Shown in pieces: positions 17,398 through 26,508 of a stretch of 52,844 nucleotides of DNA. The DNA comes from Dehalococcoidia bacterium. Lineage in GTDB: Bacteria; Chloroflexota; Dehalococcoidia; UBA2979. Position 1 is the first letter of the stretch, and each line of letters opens with the position of its first letter. The notes under the pieces are model-generated. The model saw only the letters and a list, made by a program, of their open reading frames with translations, was not told the DNA's origin and did not search any database. Both the position numbers and the translations under genes were made by a program. The stretch covers positions 1 to 52,844 of the forward strand of contig CAVODE010000002.1 in assembly GCA_963694535.1 (NCBI GenBank). The letters run 5' to 3'.

Positions 17398-18531
17398 ATG
17401 AATTCACAACAATTGATTAATAACACCATCAAAACAATTGCATCCTTGGAGGTTCCACATCAACAATCTATAGACGTCGTAGCTCAGAGACAGTCGCAGC
17501 TCACAAAGCCCAAGGGTGCTCTTGGAAAGTTAGAAATTCTTCCTGAATTTATAGCTGGTGTCGCCGCGGTGCCAAACCCAGCTCTCCATCGAAAAACTAT
17601 AGTGATTGCTGCTGCTGACCACGGAGTAACTGAAGAAGAAGTATCCGCTTACCCTAAGGAAGTTACTGAGCAAATGGTAAAAAACTTCCTTCGAGGCGGA
17701 GCCGCTATAAACGTTCTCGCCCGTAATTTTAAAATCGACGTAATAGTGATAGATGCAGGAATCAGTATTTCCTCACCTATCCAAGGATCATTAATTCAGT
17801 CCAGTTTAGGCAAAGGAACAGAGAATATCGCTATTGGTCCTGCAATGAGTTACGACAAGGCCACCGAGACCATAACCAGAGGAATAGAAATTTTCAATGA
17901 GGCACATTCTAAGAATCCGATCGACATAATTGGTCTTGGCGAAATGGGAATTGGTAACACTACATCTGCGGCTGCACTGATCGCTGCTATAAGTCGACGA
18001 AAACCATCAACTGTAGTGGGTTTGGGTACAGGTATTAGTGCATCTCAGTTCGAACGGAAGATCGCTGTGATCGAACGAGCGCTAGACGTAAATATAAATG
18101 CCATCAAGGATGCTTATCAAATGAACGGCCCGGAAAAGGCTATAGCTTTTCTTGCAGCATTAGGCGGATTTGAAATTGGTATACTCACCGGAATTGCCTT
18201 AGGAGCAGCGGCCAAGCGAGTACCAATCATAATCGACGGTGTGATTTCAGGAACTGCCGTGCTATTGGCGAGCCTAGCCACACCCTACCTGAAGAAATTT
18301 ACAATTCCTAGTCATATGTCTCCTGAACCAGGTCACAGGGTCGTACTCGATATGCTTGATAGTAGAGATCCGTTGCTAGACCTAGAAATGCGCCTTGGAG
18401 AAGGATCTGGGGCAGCACTTGCCATTAATCTTTGCGATATAGCTTGCCAATTACTCACCGATATGGCAACGTTCGAAGAGGCAGCTGTAAGTACCATAGC
18501 TCCTATTCGTAAAATAGAGGGATGCAAATGA
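17398..18531 (+). CDS. cobT: Nicotinate-nucleotide--dimethylbenzimidazole phosphoribosyltransferase
   Basis: LTKPKGALGKLE, AADHGV, GEMGIGNTTSAAAL and EMRLGEGSGAALA are hallmark CobT motifs. Confidence 0.9.
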   Translation: MNSQQLINNTIKTIASLEVPHQQSIDVVAQRQSQLTKPKGALGKLEILPEFIAGVAAVPNPALHRKTIVIAAADHGVTEEEVSAYPKEVTEQMVKNFLRGGAAINVLARNFKIDVIVIDAGISISSPIQGSLIQSSLGKGTENIAIGPAMSYDKATETITRGIEIFNEAHSKNPIDIIGLGEMGIGNTTSAAALIAAISRRKPSTVVGLGTGISASQFERKIAVIERALDVNINAIKDAYQMNGPEKAIAFLAALGGFEIGILTGIALGAAAKRVPIIIDGVISGTAVLLASLATPYLKKFTIPSHMSPEPGHRVVLDMLDSRDPLLDLEMRLGEGSGAALAINLCDIACQLLTDMATFEEAAVSTIAPIRKIEGCK

Positions 18532-19316
18532 ATGTCACACTGCGAGAGGTACTTAGGTGTCCTCTAATTGCGCTCGAATTTTTAACTATCCTTAGAATTG
18601 CGCGACCCAGAGTCTACGATAATTCTTCATTCGCACGATCTATAAGCTGTTATCCGATTATTGGATTGGGCATTGGCTTGCTTCTGTGGGTTTCAGCAAG
18701 CCTACTTGATCGAATAATTGACCCGGAGATTAACGCTGCTATTCTTCTGATAATTCTGACTCTACTTTCTGGAGGACTTCATCTTGATGGCCTCGCTGAC
18801 ACGGCAGATGGTCTTGCAAGTCAAGGAAGCAAAGCCGATAAACTTGGAATTATGAGTATCGGAAATACAGGTCCGGCGGGAGTTGTGACTCTGGTGCTTA
18901 CACTCCTTCTCCAGTGGGTCGTGCTCGCTGAGATATTACAGCTAGGTGGTGATCTAAGTCGGTCTGCGTTGATCGTCACGCCTATGCTAGGAAGATGGTC
19001 CGTAATTCCAATGGTCGGATTATTTCCGCCAGCCCGGCTAAGTGGTCTCGGTAACTCAATTCAACAAGCATTACTTACAATTCCGATGATAATAGGAACC
19101 CTCGTGGCAATTATTGCATCGGTTTTCATACTGGGACCAATAGGCATTCTCTTCATTTTTATGGCTGGAATAACTTCTATCACCATTGCCTGGCTTTCTT
19201 CCAAACAGTTAGAGGGCATAACGGGTGATATCCTCGGCGCAGGAATAGAACTCTCACAAACGACTGTCTTACTAGCATTTTTAATTGCACCGGGAACTGC
19301 TTTTCTTTTCGCTTAG
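18522..19316 (+). CDS. cobS: Adenosylcobinamide-GDP ribazoletransferase (cobalamin synthase)
   Basis: Polytopic membrane protein with LSGGLHLDGLADTADG and ITGDILGA motifs. It overlaps cobT by 10 nt. Confidence 0.9.
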   Translation: MQMNVTLREVLRCPLIALEFLTILRIARPRVYDNSSFARSISCYPIIGLGIGLLLWVSASLLDRIIDPEINAAILLIILTLLSGGLHLDGLADTADGLASQGSKADKLGIMSIGNTGPAGVVTLVLTLLLQWVVLAEILQLGGDLSRSALIVTPMLGRWSVIPMVGLFPPARLSGLGNSIQQALLTIPMIIGTLVAIIASVFILGPIGILFIFMAGITSITIAWLSSKQLEGITGDILGAGIELSQTTVLLAFLIAPGTAFLFA

Positions 19317-19347
19317 TAACAACAAGCAAGGTACTACTCACTCCAAG

Positions 19348-19893
19348 CTGACTTTAATTACTAGTGGATCAAGAAGTGGGAAATTTACGCTAGCACTAAA
19401 ACCGCAGACGATTCTACGGAAAAAAATACTCGAACGGTAAGTTTTAGAGCAACAATCAAACCGCATAATTCAGAAATAATTCACCGCGTTAACCGCTACA
19501 AAGAAGACCGACCCACGACTTGGCAGACCGATGAAGAGCCGATCGGTATTACTAACGTGATAAGTAACTACAAAAGAGATCTTGTAATTATTGATTGTAT
19601 TTCGATATGGGTCCCGAATATATTGTTCGATATTCTTGGAGATTTTGAGGAAGTTGATGAACAATTTGACAAAAACAGCTACTTACACTTGACGATGCAA
19701 TCAATGAATACTCAACTAAACTGTTATTAGCGCTTACAACCCCTAACTCGTAAATCCTATGCTTCACAAACGAGCTGGAATTTGCCGTTATTCCACCAGC
19801 GCCAATAGGTCAAATTTCCAGAGATTATTTACTAGCCCATATATTCGATAGCACTCTACTGATCGTCGCTGGAACAGTGATCAAACTACAATG
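19348..19893 (+). pseudogene. cobU: Decayed adenosylcobinamide kinase/guanylyltransferase (cobU/cobP) remnant
   Basis: Three frame fragments align in order with CobU. The first is LTLITSGSRSGKF (degenerate P-loop), with a stop at 19438. The second runs from 19434: TVSFRATIKPHNSEIIHRVNRYKEDRPTTWQT...LVIIDCISIWVPNILF..., with a stop at 19728. The third runs from 19724 and has an in-frame TAA at 19751 before ILCFTNELEFAVIPP...LLIVAGTVIKLQ. No ATG start is present. Confidence 0.7.
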
Positions 19894-19951
19894 GTTTCTC
19901 AATATACATGTTAACAAACTAAATACTCTGATTGTCCTCAGGAATCAATCA

Positions 19952-20767
19952 CTACTTACCCTCAAATAACGGTTTGCGTCTTTCCCTAAAGGCAGCAGGA
20001 CCTTCTCTAGAATCGGTTGTTGACTGAACAATTGCCATCGCCGCTTGAGCCTGCTCAAGTCCCTCTACAAAGGATTGATCCAAACCTCGATAGACTAATC
20101 TCTTAGCCAATTGCATAGCGATGGGTGGTCCTTCAGCCAATTGCCTAGCATAGGCAAGTGTCTCCTTCATCAAATCGTCATGAGGTACCACTCGGGCAAC
20201 ATATCCCATGTCCAAAGCAGCATGTGCATCAAAGAGGTCTCCGCTCCAAATTAGCTCTAGAGCTTTCTGCAGGCCTACCAATCTTGGAAGCAACCAAGCA
20301 CCTCCATCACCAGGAATTAGGCCTACATTAACGTATGACATCCCAAACCGAGCCGTATCAGATGCAATTCTGATATCTGCCATAGATGCCATATCCATCC
20401 CAGCACCAACCGCCGCACCGTTGAGAGCTGCAATATATGGCTTATCTAGGTACTGAAGAGCCTGCGCCACTCGATGAACTGAATAGCGTAACGAGTTTCT
20501 CCGTTCACCGGCGTTCTTCTCGGCCATTAATATCCTGTCATCGCTCTCAGCCTCAGCTTTAAGGTCAGCACCCGCACAAAAAGCACGCCCGGCACCCGTA
20601 ACTATCACGACGCGAACGTCGTCGTCATCGGTAGCCTGCCTGATTGCATCAGCCCATTCCGAAAGTAATTCACTGCTAAATGAATTCATTCGCTCAGGTC
20701 TATTCAAAGTGATTGTGGCTATTTGATCCGATACGTTATACGTAACTGCGGTAAAGTCTGTTGTCAT
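19952..20767 (-). CDS. Enoyl-CoA hydratase/isomerase (crotonase) family protein
   Basis: ITLNRPERMNS, VVIVTGAGRAFCAGADL, ALNGAAVGAGMDMA and a C-terminal EGPAAFRERRKPLF. Confidence 0.85.
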   Translation of the reverse strand: MTTDFTAVTYNVSDQIATITLNRPERMNSFSSELLSEWADAIRQATDDDDVRVVIVTGAGRAFCAGADLKAEAESDDRILMAEKNAGERRNSLRYSVHRVAQALQYLDKPYIAALNGAAVGAGMDMASMADIRIASDTARFGMSYVNVGLIPGDGGAWLLPRLVGLQKALELIWSGDLFDAHAALDMGYVARVVPHDDLMKETLAYARQLAEGPPIAMQLAKRLVYRGLDQSFVEGLEQAQAAMAIVQSTTDSREGPAAFRERRKPLFEGK

Positions 20768-20898
20768 TCTTGCGCTCCTTCATCTCACAATTCATAACTG
20801 AGCACTGAAGTCAACGAGTCGACTGTCAGTAAATCCATTCACAAATTAACATATAACCCCAACTAACGATAATTTAATCAACTAAAATATCGATACCG

Positions 20899-22698
20899 AT
20901 GAAATTAAGTCAATCTAATTCAGCTTTAGCAATATCCAAAGTGTTCTATCTGGTTCTACTGCTATCAATCACCTTGGGCGTAAATTGCAGTTCAACCTCT
21001 ATGCCAACTCCATCGCGCATTGAAGCTAACTCACCACCCATGGTTACACAAATTCCTCAGATCACTGTTTTGACACGGCCCTTCAGTCTGAACTTATTAA
21101 AGTCAACTACACCTGAGAATCTAGAGATCGTACCCACCAACTCGGATCTAGCACAGACAATAGTGCAAATTCTTGGAGTATCATTCCGAACTGATTCATC
21201 TCCGGGCTTCGCTAATACTGCGGGCATAGAATATGACATTGTTACAGCAACAACTGGAGTAATAATAGATTCTGAACAGAAATTGATACTAACGGATTTT
21301 GCCTCTGTTGATTGGCAAGATCCGTTAGGGCAAAAGCGTATTGACGCGCTATACATTGTGACTAACCGTGACCCACGTAAGCCAAAAATCGAATACCAAG
21401 CTGAACTAATAGCAGCGAACTTTGCAAGAGATCTCGCCATAGTGAAACTGAGCAAGAAAGTTGATGGGTCGGAAATTAAAAGTTACGCACCGTTTAGCGA
21501 GGCAAAGATCGCAGCAACCGTGCCACGTGATTCTGGGCAAGAACTCCGCGTATTAGGTCACGTGGGTACTTCACTCGATCCTGTCAAAATTGAAAGACTA
21601 CAATTGGTTGGACTAATGAACTCTAATCTTGAGTCCATCAACCTATTACTCGATAATGATACAAATACGACAAATAAATTTCCAGAGTATTTGAAATTAA
21701 TGAACGGCCCAAATTTACTTAACAAAGGGGCAGCATTCACGACAAAAGGAACGTTTGCGGGATTTCTCTCTGCGATGCCGACAGAGATGAACGGGCCAAA
21801 GGTATTGATACGAAGTGTCGATTCCATAACAGATGCGTTTGCCGGCAATAACGTCGTGTCCGCTCTTAGTGAATCCTACAGACGGGAATTTAACTACAAT
21901 TTGAGCAACCAGAGTAAAAGCAGCGAACAAATTTACGTATCCACACCAACATTCGCGACGCTCGCATCAACTAATAAATTTGGGCGCGAGTTAGCTCAAT
22001 ATGACGACCAATTCAATAACGTATCTGAAATTTTCTACGAATACGTCGTTGCAAAAACTGAGCGACAAATTGAGTTATCTGAGATTTGGTTATTTGACGA
22101 TATTGTTATAGATGCTCTCTCCCAATCTCGTCTGTACTCCTCAGAAAGTGCCTCCTGGCACGGCCAATCGCTTAAAAGCGTGACTGCAAATACCGCCACA
22201 GGCCTCGCGAATAATAGTGATCGAACAAATAGTTTACTCAAAGGCGATTGGGAATTACAAATATTGATCGATGGAAGTCTAGTCGCAAAAAGTAAGTTCA
22301 CCATAGGTGGAGAGATAACTAAAGTGCGTCAGATCAGCCCGCTAGTATCAGATAACCAAGTCTCAAACACTGGCCCTGAAATTACTGATTTCGTCTGGGG
22401 GACCGCCGCAAAACTTGATGGTCAAATAATCGGTGACGTTGAAGCTGGAATTGAAAAAGTACTGCTTGGCTTTAAGTATCAGCACTTTGACGAGTCGATG
22501 ACTTTAGGTTGGAAAGTTTACTACGGTCCTGACTTAATTTATTCATCCAAGGAGATTCCATGGGTATTCGAAAAAGAAAATCTATTTTGGATTGGTTTTT
22601 ATCCAACTGAACCATTGTGGCCAGGCTGGTGGGAATTCGAGTTTTATTTAAATGGGGAAATAATCAAACAAATTGGACGAACCGTGGAGGCGAACTAA
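20899..22698 (+). CDS. Secreted/anchored protein with trypsin-like (S1C/HtrA-like) fold that appears to lack catalytic His and Ser, plus a repeated C-terminal beta-rich region
   Basis: N-terminal hydrophobic signal/anchor. TGVIIDSEQKLILTDFASV aligns with GSGFIID..G.ILTNAHVV, where His becomes Ala. ARDLAIVKL retains the Asp motif. NKGAAFTTKGTFAGFLS aligns with GNSGGPL...G.vvGI.S, where Ser becomes Gly. All alignments are by eye. Confidence 0.45.
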   Translation: MKLSQSNSALAISKVFYLVLLLSITLGVNCSSTSMPTPSRIEANSPPMVTQIPQITVLTRPFSLNLLKSTTPENLEIVPTNSDLAQTIVQILGVSFRTDSSPGFANTAGIEYDIVTATTGVIIDSEQKLILTDFASVDWQDPLGQKRIDALYIVTNRDPRKPKIEYQAELIAANFARDLAIVKLSKKVDGSEIKSYAPFSEAKIAATVPRDSGQELRVLGHVGTSLDPVKIERLQLVGLMNSNLESINLLLDNDTNTTNKFPEYLKLMNGPNLLNKGAAFTTKGTFAGFLSAMPTEMNGPKVLIRSVDSITDAFAGNNVVSALSESYRREFNYNLSNQSKSSEQIYVSTPTFATLASTNKFGRELAQYDDQFNNVSEIFYEYVVAKTERQIELSEIWLFDDIVIDALSQSRLYSSESASWHGQSLKSVTANTATGLANNSDRTNSLLKGDWELQILIDGSLVAKSKFTIGGEITKVRQISPLVSDNQVSNTGPEITDFVWGTAAKLDGQIIGDVEAGIEKVLLGFKYQHFDESMTLGWKVYYGPDLIYSSKEIPWVFEKENLFWIGFYPTEPLWPGWWEFEFYLNGEIIKQIGRTVEAN

Positions 22699-22755
22699 CT
22701 GAATAAACTCAGATAGAATTAGGTTAAACAATTAAAGAAACTGAGGTTATCAAAT

Positions 22756-23436
22756 ATGTCAGAAACTGATAGAACTCTTCACACCATCGCACTGATCGGG
22801 GGGACTGGTCCTGAAGGTAAGGGTCTTGCTACTCGATTTGCGATTGCCGGGCATAAAGTAATTATCGGAAGTCGAGACCCCGCGCGAGGTATCGAAGCTG
22901 CGACTGACTTAAACCAACAGCTTAATGCTCTGGCGGATGTAGATATCACTGGCGATACAAACGAAAACGCAGTTAGCATTGCTAATATAGCAGTCGTTAC
23001 GGTACCTTACGGAGGGCATCAGGCTACTCTAGAAAGCCTAAAGTTACTACTTGTGGACAAAATTGTGATTGACGCTGTAGTACCAGTCTATTTTGAGAAA
23101 GGCCCTCGACCAATTGACGTGCCGGCGGGATCAGCGACTGAAGAAGCTGCGGCGATTTTACCAGATTCAAAGGTAGCTGGAGCATTCCATAACTTATCAG
23201 CTGAAATATTGCTAGATCCGGACGCAGACCTCGATGCTGACGTACTCGTTACTGGTTCAGGGGTCGCCAAGGAAGTTGCTATCCAGCTCGCTTCAGAAAT
23301 CAAGGGTGCTAGAGCTGTTGATTCTGGGCCCTTGAGATATTCGAGATTTGTCGAGGGTATTACTATTTTGCTTATCGGAATTAATTCAAGATATAAAACA
23401 CATACGGGCGTCACCGTCAGCGGTCTGGAGCAATAA
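22756..23436 (+). CDS. npdG: NADPH-dependent F420 reductase
   Basis: IALIGGTGPEGKGLATRFAIAGHKVIIGSRD Rossmann start and a 226-aa length are typical of Fno/NpdG. It is adjacent to cofE. Confidence 0.8.
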   Translation: MSETDRTLHTIALIGGTGPEGKGLATRFAIAGHKVIIGSRDPARGIEAATDLNQQLNALADVDITGDTNENAVSIANIAVVTVPYGGHQATLESLKLLLVDKIVIDAVVPVYFEKGPRPIDVPAGSATEEAAAILPDSKVAGAFHNLSAEILLDPDADLDADVLVTGSGVAKEVAIQLASEIKGARAVDSGPLRYSRFVEGITILLIGINSRYKTHTGVTVSGLEQ

Positions 23437-23438
23437 AA

Positions 23439-24248
23439 GTGAGTGAAAACAATCAAACTCAAGCAAGAACAACTACAAGTGCTGGGAACTTAAATATAGA
23501 TGAAGTAAGAATTCTAGCAATACGTAATTTGCCGATGGTCGAAGAGGGCGACGATATCGTAGATCAAATTATTATCGGAGCGGATAAGCAGGGCACCCCA
23601 TTAAAAAACAAGGATATCGTCGTTATCACACAAAGAATATTCTCCAAGGCCCAAGGGCTAGTCGTTCCTCTTGATGACTATCCACCTAGCCCATTCGCGG
23701 TTGAATATGCAGAGCGAACTGAAAAAGACCCTCGGTTGGTTGAGGCTGTACTCCAGGAATCCACGCGAATCATCCGGCAGGTGGGAGGGGTACTCATTAC
23801 AGAAACAAAACATGGTTTCAAGTGTGCAAATGCAGGCGTAGACGGCTCGAATGTTGGCGGTGATGATTTAATCTCTCTGCTACCAAAAGATCCCGACCAA
23901 GATTGTCAGACGGTTTGTGACATCATCAAAGCGAGACTTGGGCTCGACGTGGGAGTGGTTATGACTGATACATTTGGGCGCCCCTGGCGACATGGACAGA
24001 CCAACGTTGCCATCGGTGTGGCCGGAATGCAACCCATGAGGGACTACGTGGGTGCCAACGATCTCGATGGGAAAGAACTGAGAGTGACGACCATATGCGT
24101 AGCCGATGAAATCGCTGGAGCAGCTGAACTCGTGATGGGCAAGCTAGACGCAGTACCCGCCGCGATAGTGAGAGGATATCCATTCGAAATAAGTCAAGGG
24201 TCTGCCTCTGAAATAGTACGTGAAACTCCATTAGACTTGTTTCCCTAG
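23439..24248 (+). CDS. cofE: Coenzyme F420-0:L-glutamate ligase
   Basis: VVITQRIFSKAQG, TKHGFKCANAGVDGSNV, DTFGRPWRHGQTNVAIG and AAELVMGK are CofE/FbiB N-domain motifs. GTG start. Confidence 0.85.
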   Translation: MSENNQTQARTTTSAGNLNIDEVRILAIRNLPMVEEGDDIVDQIIIGADKQGTPLKNKDIVVITQRIFSKAQGLVVPLDDYPPSPFAVEYAERTEKDPRLVEAVLQESTRIIRQVGGVLITETKHGFKCANAGVDGSNVGGDDLISLLPKDPDQDCQTVCDIIKARLGLDVGVVMTDTFGRPWRHGQTNVAIGVAGMQPMRDYVGANDLDGKELRVTTICVADEIAGAAELVMGKLDAVPAAIVRGYPFEISQGSASEIVRETPLDLFP

Positions 24249-24292
24249 GTGAAGACTGAATGTCTACAGAAGAAGCACAAGAGTAATTACAA

Positions 24293-24559
24293 ATGAGTTC
24301 TAAGCACAAAGTACCAAATCCGGTTAGCGCCTCAGAAATACTAAAATCAGCGTTCGTTGACGCGGCAGACGCAAGATTACCTCTATGGCTCCCCATCCCA
24401 GGACTGCTCATTACCCTTATTTTTGCAACTTTTATGGGTCTTACTAGTGAATCCGATCACCTTCAATTGATACTTTCACATATTGCTTGGCCAGGCTTTG
24501 GAATATTTATCGGAGTGACAGTTACGACCTGGCTCGGTTGGCAACTCGAAATAGATTAG
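24293..24559 (+). CDS. Small hypothetical membrane protein (2 predicted TM segments)
   Basis: 88-aa ORF with two hydrophobic stretches, ending 9 nt before holA. No recognisable family. Confidence 0.35.
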   Translation: MSSKHKVPNPVSASEILKSAFVDAADARLPLWLPIPGLLITLIFATFMGLTSESDHLQLILSHIAWPGFGIFIGVTVTTWLGWQLEID

Positions 24560-24567
24560 GCTTCAAA

Positions 24568-25647
24568 ATGCTCTATGTGCTTACTGGAACTGACGAATAT
24601 GCCATCCTTAACGAACTCTCTGAGATAAAGATCGATCTAAACGTAAGTGATGAATCTTTGGAAAATAGTCTTATCAAAATAAGACCAGAAAATATCACAT
24701 TAGAATCAGTTCGCCGATACACACACACTCTGCCATTTATGGGTGGGAATCTTCTCGTTAGCATCGAAGGATTCTTCAGTGCTGTCAAAAATAGCGACTT
24801 AGATGACTGGGGCTTGCTGGTAGATGACCTTCTTAAACTTCCCTCAACAAATCACGCAGTCCTTTACGAGATTATTCAACCCCGAAAAACTCTCGGCACA
24901 AACAAACTGTATAAGAAAATTGAAACTTTGGCTAAATCGGCTGAGAAAGATGGGCACGCCATCTTCTTTAGAAAGCACGATATTCCCAAACCTATAAACT
25001 ATGGATCTATAGAAAAACAAACTGCGTGGGCCCGGGCGTTCATTAGAGATTACAGTGAGTTAAACAACTTCGATATCACACATGATGCCACACTTGAGCT
25101 GGCACTGCGCGTTGGAAATGAGCCAATAACTCTCATCAGTGAACTTGAAAAACTCTCCACTTACTCAGTAACCAATCCAATTAATAAGCAATCAGTCTTA
25201 CTACTTACGCCGCCGGAAGCTGATGAAAATCCTTTTACAATAATGGACTCAATCATTGAAGGAATACCTCGAAAAGCGCTTTATCTCGTGAGGCAAATGC
25301 TTGAACAAAACGAAGAAAATCCATTTGTACTGCAAACTCGCATCGCAAATCAGATTCGGCGCATGGTTATTGCGTGCGAAGCCATAGAATCTGGAAGTAA
25401 CAGTAAAGAATCTCAATTAAACCTGAGCAACGCTTTTCCTACAATGAACAACAAGGGATTTCCTTTCAGAAAACTTACTCAGCAGTCTCGAGATACCTCT
25501 AGCCAACAATGCAAATTCGCGTTAAAACTCTTGGCTGAGCATGACAAATCTGCGAAAACAGGCGAAATAAAGAAAATCGGTTCACGCGACCCCGAAATTA
25601 GCCTGGAGTTACTCGTTCTGAAGCTCGCACGGCTCTTTCAAGCATAA
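24568..25647 (+). CDS. holA: DNA polymerase III delta subunit
   Basis: MLYVLTGTDEYAILNEL... is a typical HolA N-terminus, and the length and helical C-terminal domain fit. I prefer ATG 24568 over the track start 24487, which overlaps the preceding ORF. Confidence 0.65.
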   Translation: MLYVLTGTDEYAILNELSEIKIDLNVSDESLENSLIKIRPENITLESVRRYTHTLPFMGGNLLVSIEGFFSAVKNSDLDDWGLLVDDLLKLPSTNHAVLYEIIQPRKTLGTNKLYKKIETLAKSAEKDGHAIFFRKHDIPKPINYGSIEKQTAWARAFIRDYSELNNFDITHDATLELALRVGNEPITLISELEKLSTYSVTNPINKQSVLLLTPPEADENPFTIMDSIIEGIPRKALYLVRQMLEQNEENPFVLQTRIANQIRRMVIACEAIESGSNSKESQLNLSNAFPTMNNKGFPFRKLTQQSRDTSSQQCKFALKLLAEHDKSAKTGEIKKIGSRDPEISLELLVLKLARLFQA

Positions 25648-25658
25648 AAGAACTGTAA

Positions 25659-26318
25659 TCAACCACTATTCATAGACAGAACAAACCGACCTTGCACTTC
25701 AACATCTGTTGCATCCTCATAAATTGGTGGCATAGATGAATTTCTCGGTTGCAAACGGACTCTTTCACCTTCGGGATACCAACGCTTCAAGGTTGTCTCT
25801 TCTCGGCTTTTTATCCACGCGACGACCATCTCACCTGGATCCGCAGTCTGCCGCGGTTCAATAACTACAATATCGCCATCGAAAATACCGTCATCAATCA
25901 TTGATTCGCCCTGCACTCTAAGGGCGAATAATGCGCGGTCACTTTTCGAACCCAATTGACTCCTTGAAAAAGGCAGCATATCTTCTGCCTCCGCTTCTTG
26001 CGGAGTCACTGGTATCGGAATACCCGCAGCAATTCGTCCAATCAAAGGAATATACAGAATATTATGAGAAATATTTTCTGTATGAGAAGTCTCGTCTCTG
26101 ATAATTTGAATTCCTCGTGCAACATCAACGCGACGAGAAATAAATCCAAATTTTTCTAGATTTCGCATGTTGTATTGGACAACAGACGTAGAAGAAAGTT
26201 CACAAGCCACCTGTATATCCCGAATGGACGGTGGAATCTGGTTCTCATCCAGATAGCTCTCAATAAACTCAAGAATTCTTATCTGCTTATCACTTAACTT
26301 GTCTCGACTAACAATCAT
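25659..26318 (-). CDS. lexA: LexA repressor (S24 peptidase)
   Basis: N-terminal winged HTH (IPPSIRDIQVACELSSTSVVQYNMRNLE). AAG cleavage site in GRIAAGIP. Catalytic Ser in VQGESM and Lys in TTLKRW. Confidence 0.9.
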   Translation of the reverse strand: MIVSRDKLSDKQIRILEFIESYLDENQIPPSIRDIQVACELSSTSVVQYNMRNLEKFGFISRRVDVARGIQIIRDETSHTENISHNILYIPLIGRIAAGIPIPVTPQEAEAEDMLPFSRSQLGSKSDRALFALRVQGESMIDDGIFDGDIVVIEPRQTADPGEMVVAWIKSREETTLKRWYPEGERVRLQPRNSSMPPIYEDATDVEVQGRFVLSMNSG

Positions 26319-26383
26319 AGTTATCTACCTCGGTGAAGTTGTCCAGCTCGAAATATAAATCTTATCAATCAGATTAACTAACT

Positions 26384-26414
26384 GAACGTATGTTCTTAAT
26401 AAGAACAATAGTGC
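26384..26414. promoter_or_regulatory. Tandem LexA (SOS) boxes, Gram-positive type GAAC-N4-GTTC
   Basis: GAACGTATGTTC at 26384-26395 is a perfect half-site pair. An imperfect GAACAATAGTGC follows at 26403-26414. They lie 66-96 nt upstream of lexA, in the intergenic region shared with the PIG-L gene. GTTCTTAaTAAGAAC (26392-26406) bridges the two boxes. Confidence 0.65.
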
Positions 26415-26508
26415 TATTGAGTTATCTTGGTCAAGTCCTCGATCCTATCGGTAATACTACTAAAATCTTACTAAGGCGCCTCCAGACAATTAATCATGAA
26501 ATAGAAAA

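Noticed and set aside
19470-19664. 64-aa minus-strand ORF
   Set aside because: It is antisense to the segment that translates into recognisable CobU-like sequence on the + strand, so it is spurious.
23959-24411. 150-aa minus-strand ORF
   Set aside because: It overlaps the 3' half of cofE and the start of the small membrane ORF. Its composition is Ser/Arg-rich.
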